Virus record (IMG/VR): IMGVR_UViG_3300014775_000694
Coordinates: 1-25,427 of that record
Origin: a virus
Lineage: Duplodnaviria; Caudoviricetes
Length of the DNA: 25,427 nt
Strand: one strand, 5' to 3'
Positions 24,844 through 25,427 of this stretch are shown here, in pieces (the stretch's first letter is position 1; each line of letters begins with the position of its first letter). A program made the position numbers and the translations under genes. The notes below the pieces were generated by a model that saw nothing but the letters and a program-made list of their open reading frames with translations, ran no database searches and had not been told where the DNA came from.

Positions 24844-25293
24844 ATGGCAAAGAAGCTAAAGGACACTAAAGTAGGCCAATGGTTGAAGGATAAGGCCCCA
24901 AAGGTATTAGATATCGTTGGAGATCTTCTCCCAGACCAGGGAGCACTAGGGGTAGTTAAAAACCTAATCGACTCTGACCCAGATCTAAGCCCAGAAGAAA
25001 GAGCTGAAGCCAACTCAATGCTTAAGGAAATGTATGAGCTTGAGGTAGCTGATAGAGACTCTGCTAGAAAACGTGAGGTTGAGATTAAAAAGGTTGGGGG
25101 ACAAGACTTAATGATGTTCATCACAGGTCTAGTGGGCTTAGCTTCTTTTATTTTTATGATCTACGCTGTTGTATACGTAGACCAGATAACTGAGAACGAC
25201 TTGTTCGTGCATTTGATGGGTATGATAGAAGGCGTAGTAATCTCAAACATATTTGCTTATTACTACGGAACAAGCTCGGAGAACCGTAAATAA
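24844..25293 (+). CDS. Holin-like protein (resembles the GTA 3TM holin family)
   Basis: DRDSARKRE followed by two TM helices and YYYGTS. Confidence 0.7.
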   Translation: MAKKLKDTKVGQWLKDKAPKVLDIVGDLLPDQGALGVVKNLIDSDPDLSPEERAEANSMLKEMYELEVADRDSARKREVEIKKVGGQDLMMFITGLVGLASFIFMIYAVVYVDQITENDLFVHLMGMIEGVVISNIFAYYYGTSSENRK

Positions 25294-25297
25294 GTTT

Positions 25298-25427
25298 ATG
25301 ACTAAAGCAGAAATAAAAGACTTCTTGACAGAGAAGCCAGGTTACCTAAAAGTAGGACCTGAAAGACTTTCAGAAAGGTTGGATTGCTCAGTTGAAATGT
25401 GCAAGGCAGCTTTAGAGGAAGTCAAAC
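25298..25427 (+). CDS. Partial CDS (MTKAEIKDFLTEKPGYLKVGPERLSERLDCSVEMCKAALEEVK...)
   Basis: Hand translation; open to the window end. Confidence 0.7.
   Translation, partial: MTKAEIKDFLTEKPGYLKVGPERLSERLDCSVEMCKAALEEVK

Noticed and set aside
14470-25124. Antisense ORFs over MCP, tail and holin genes (e.g. 14740..15123, 22769..23227, 24034..24375)
   Set aside because: Codon-bias shadows with no independent signals

Overview
Segment of a crAss-like (Crassvirales-type) phage genome, probably infecting a Bacteroidota host: it has TAnnTTTG promoter boxes and A-rich, Shine-Dalgarno-less starts. Bases 1-2600 hold small leftward genes of early type, five of them missed by the ORF track, with terminators and a repeated upstream motif. 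After a palindrome-rich switch region (2600-2830) everything runs rightward: a ~260-nt structured non-coding element, fibre protein, amidase/spanin-like lysis genes, GroES, HTH, Zn-finger, IHF-like, TerS, TerL, portal, Dps-like, scaffold, major capsid, ring/auxiliary capsid, hub and fibre proteins, and a holin. The most novel signals are non-coding: (i) a promoter-driven ~260-nt RNA with a closing stem and two copies of one bulged-helix module; (ii) a four-copy co-oriented motif upstream of early genes, two copies of which sit in homologous 75-nt leaders with identical spacing to ATG and a compensatory palindrome change. All calls come from reading by eye; no searches were run.
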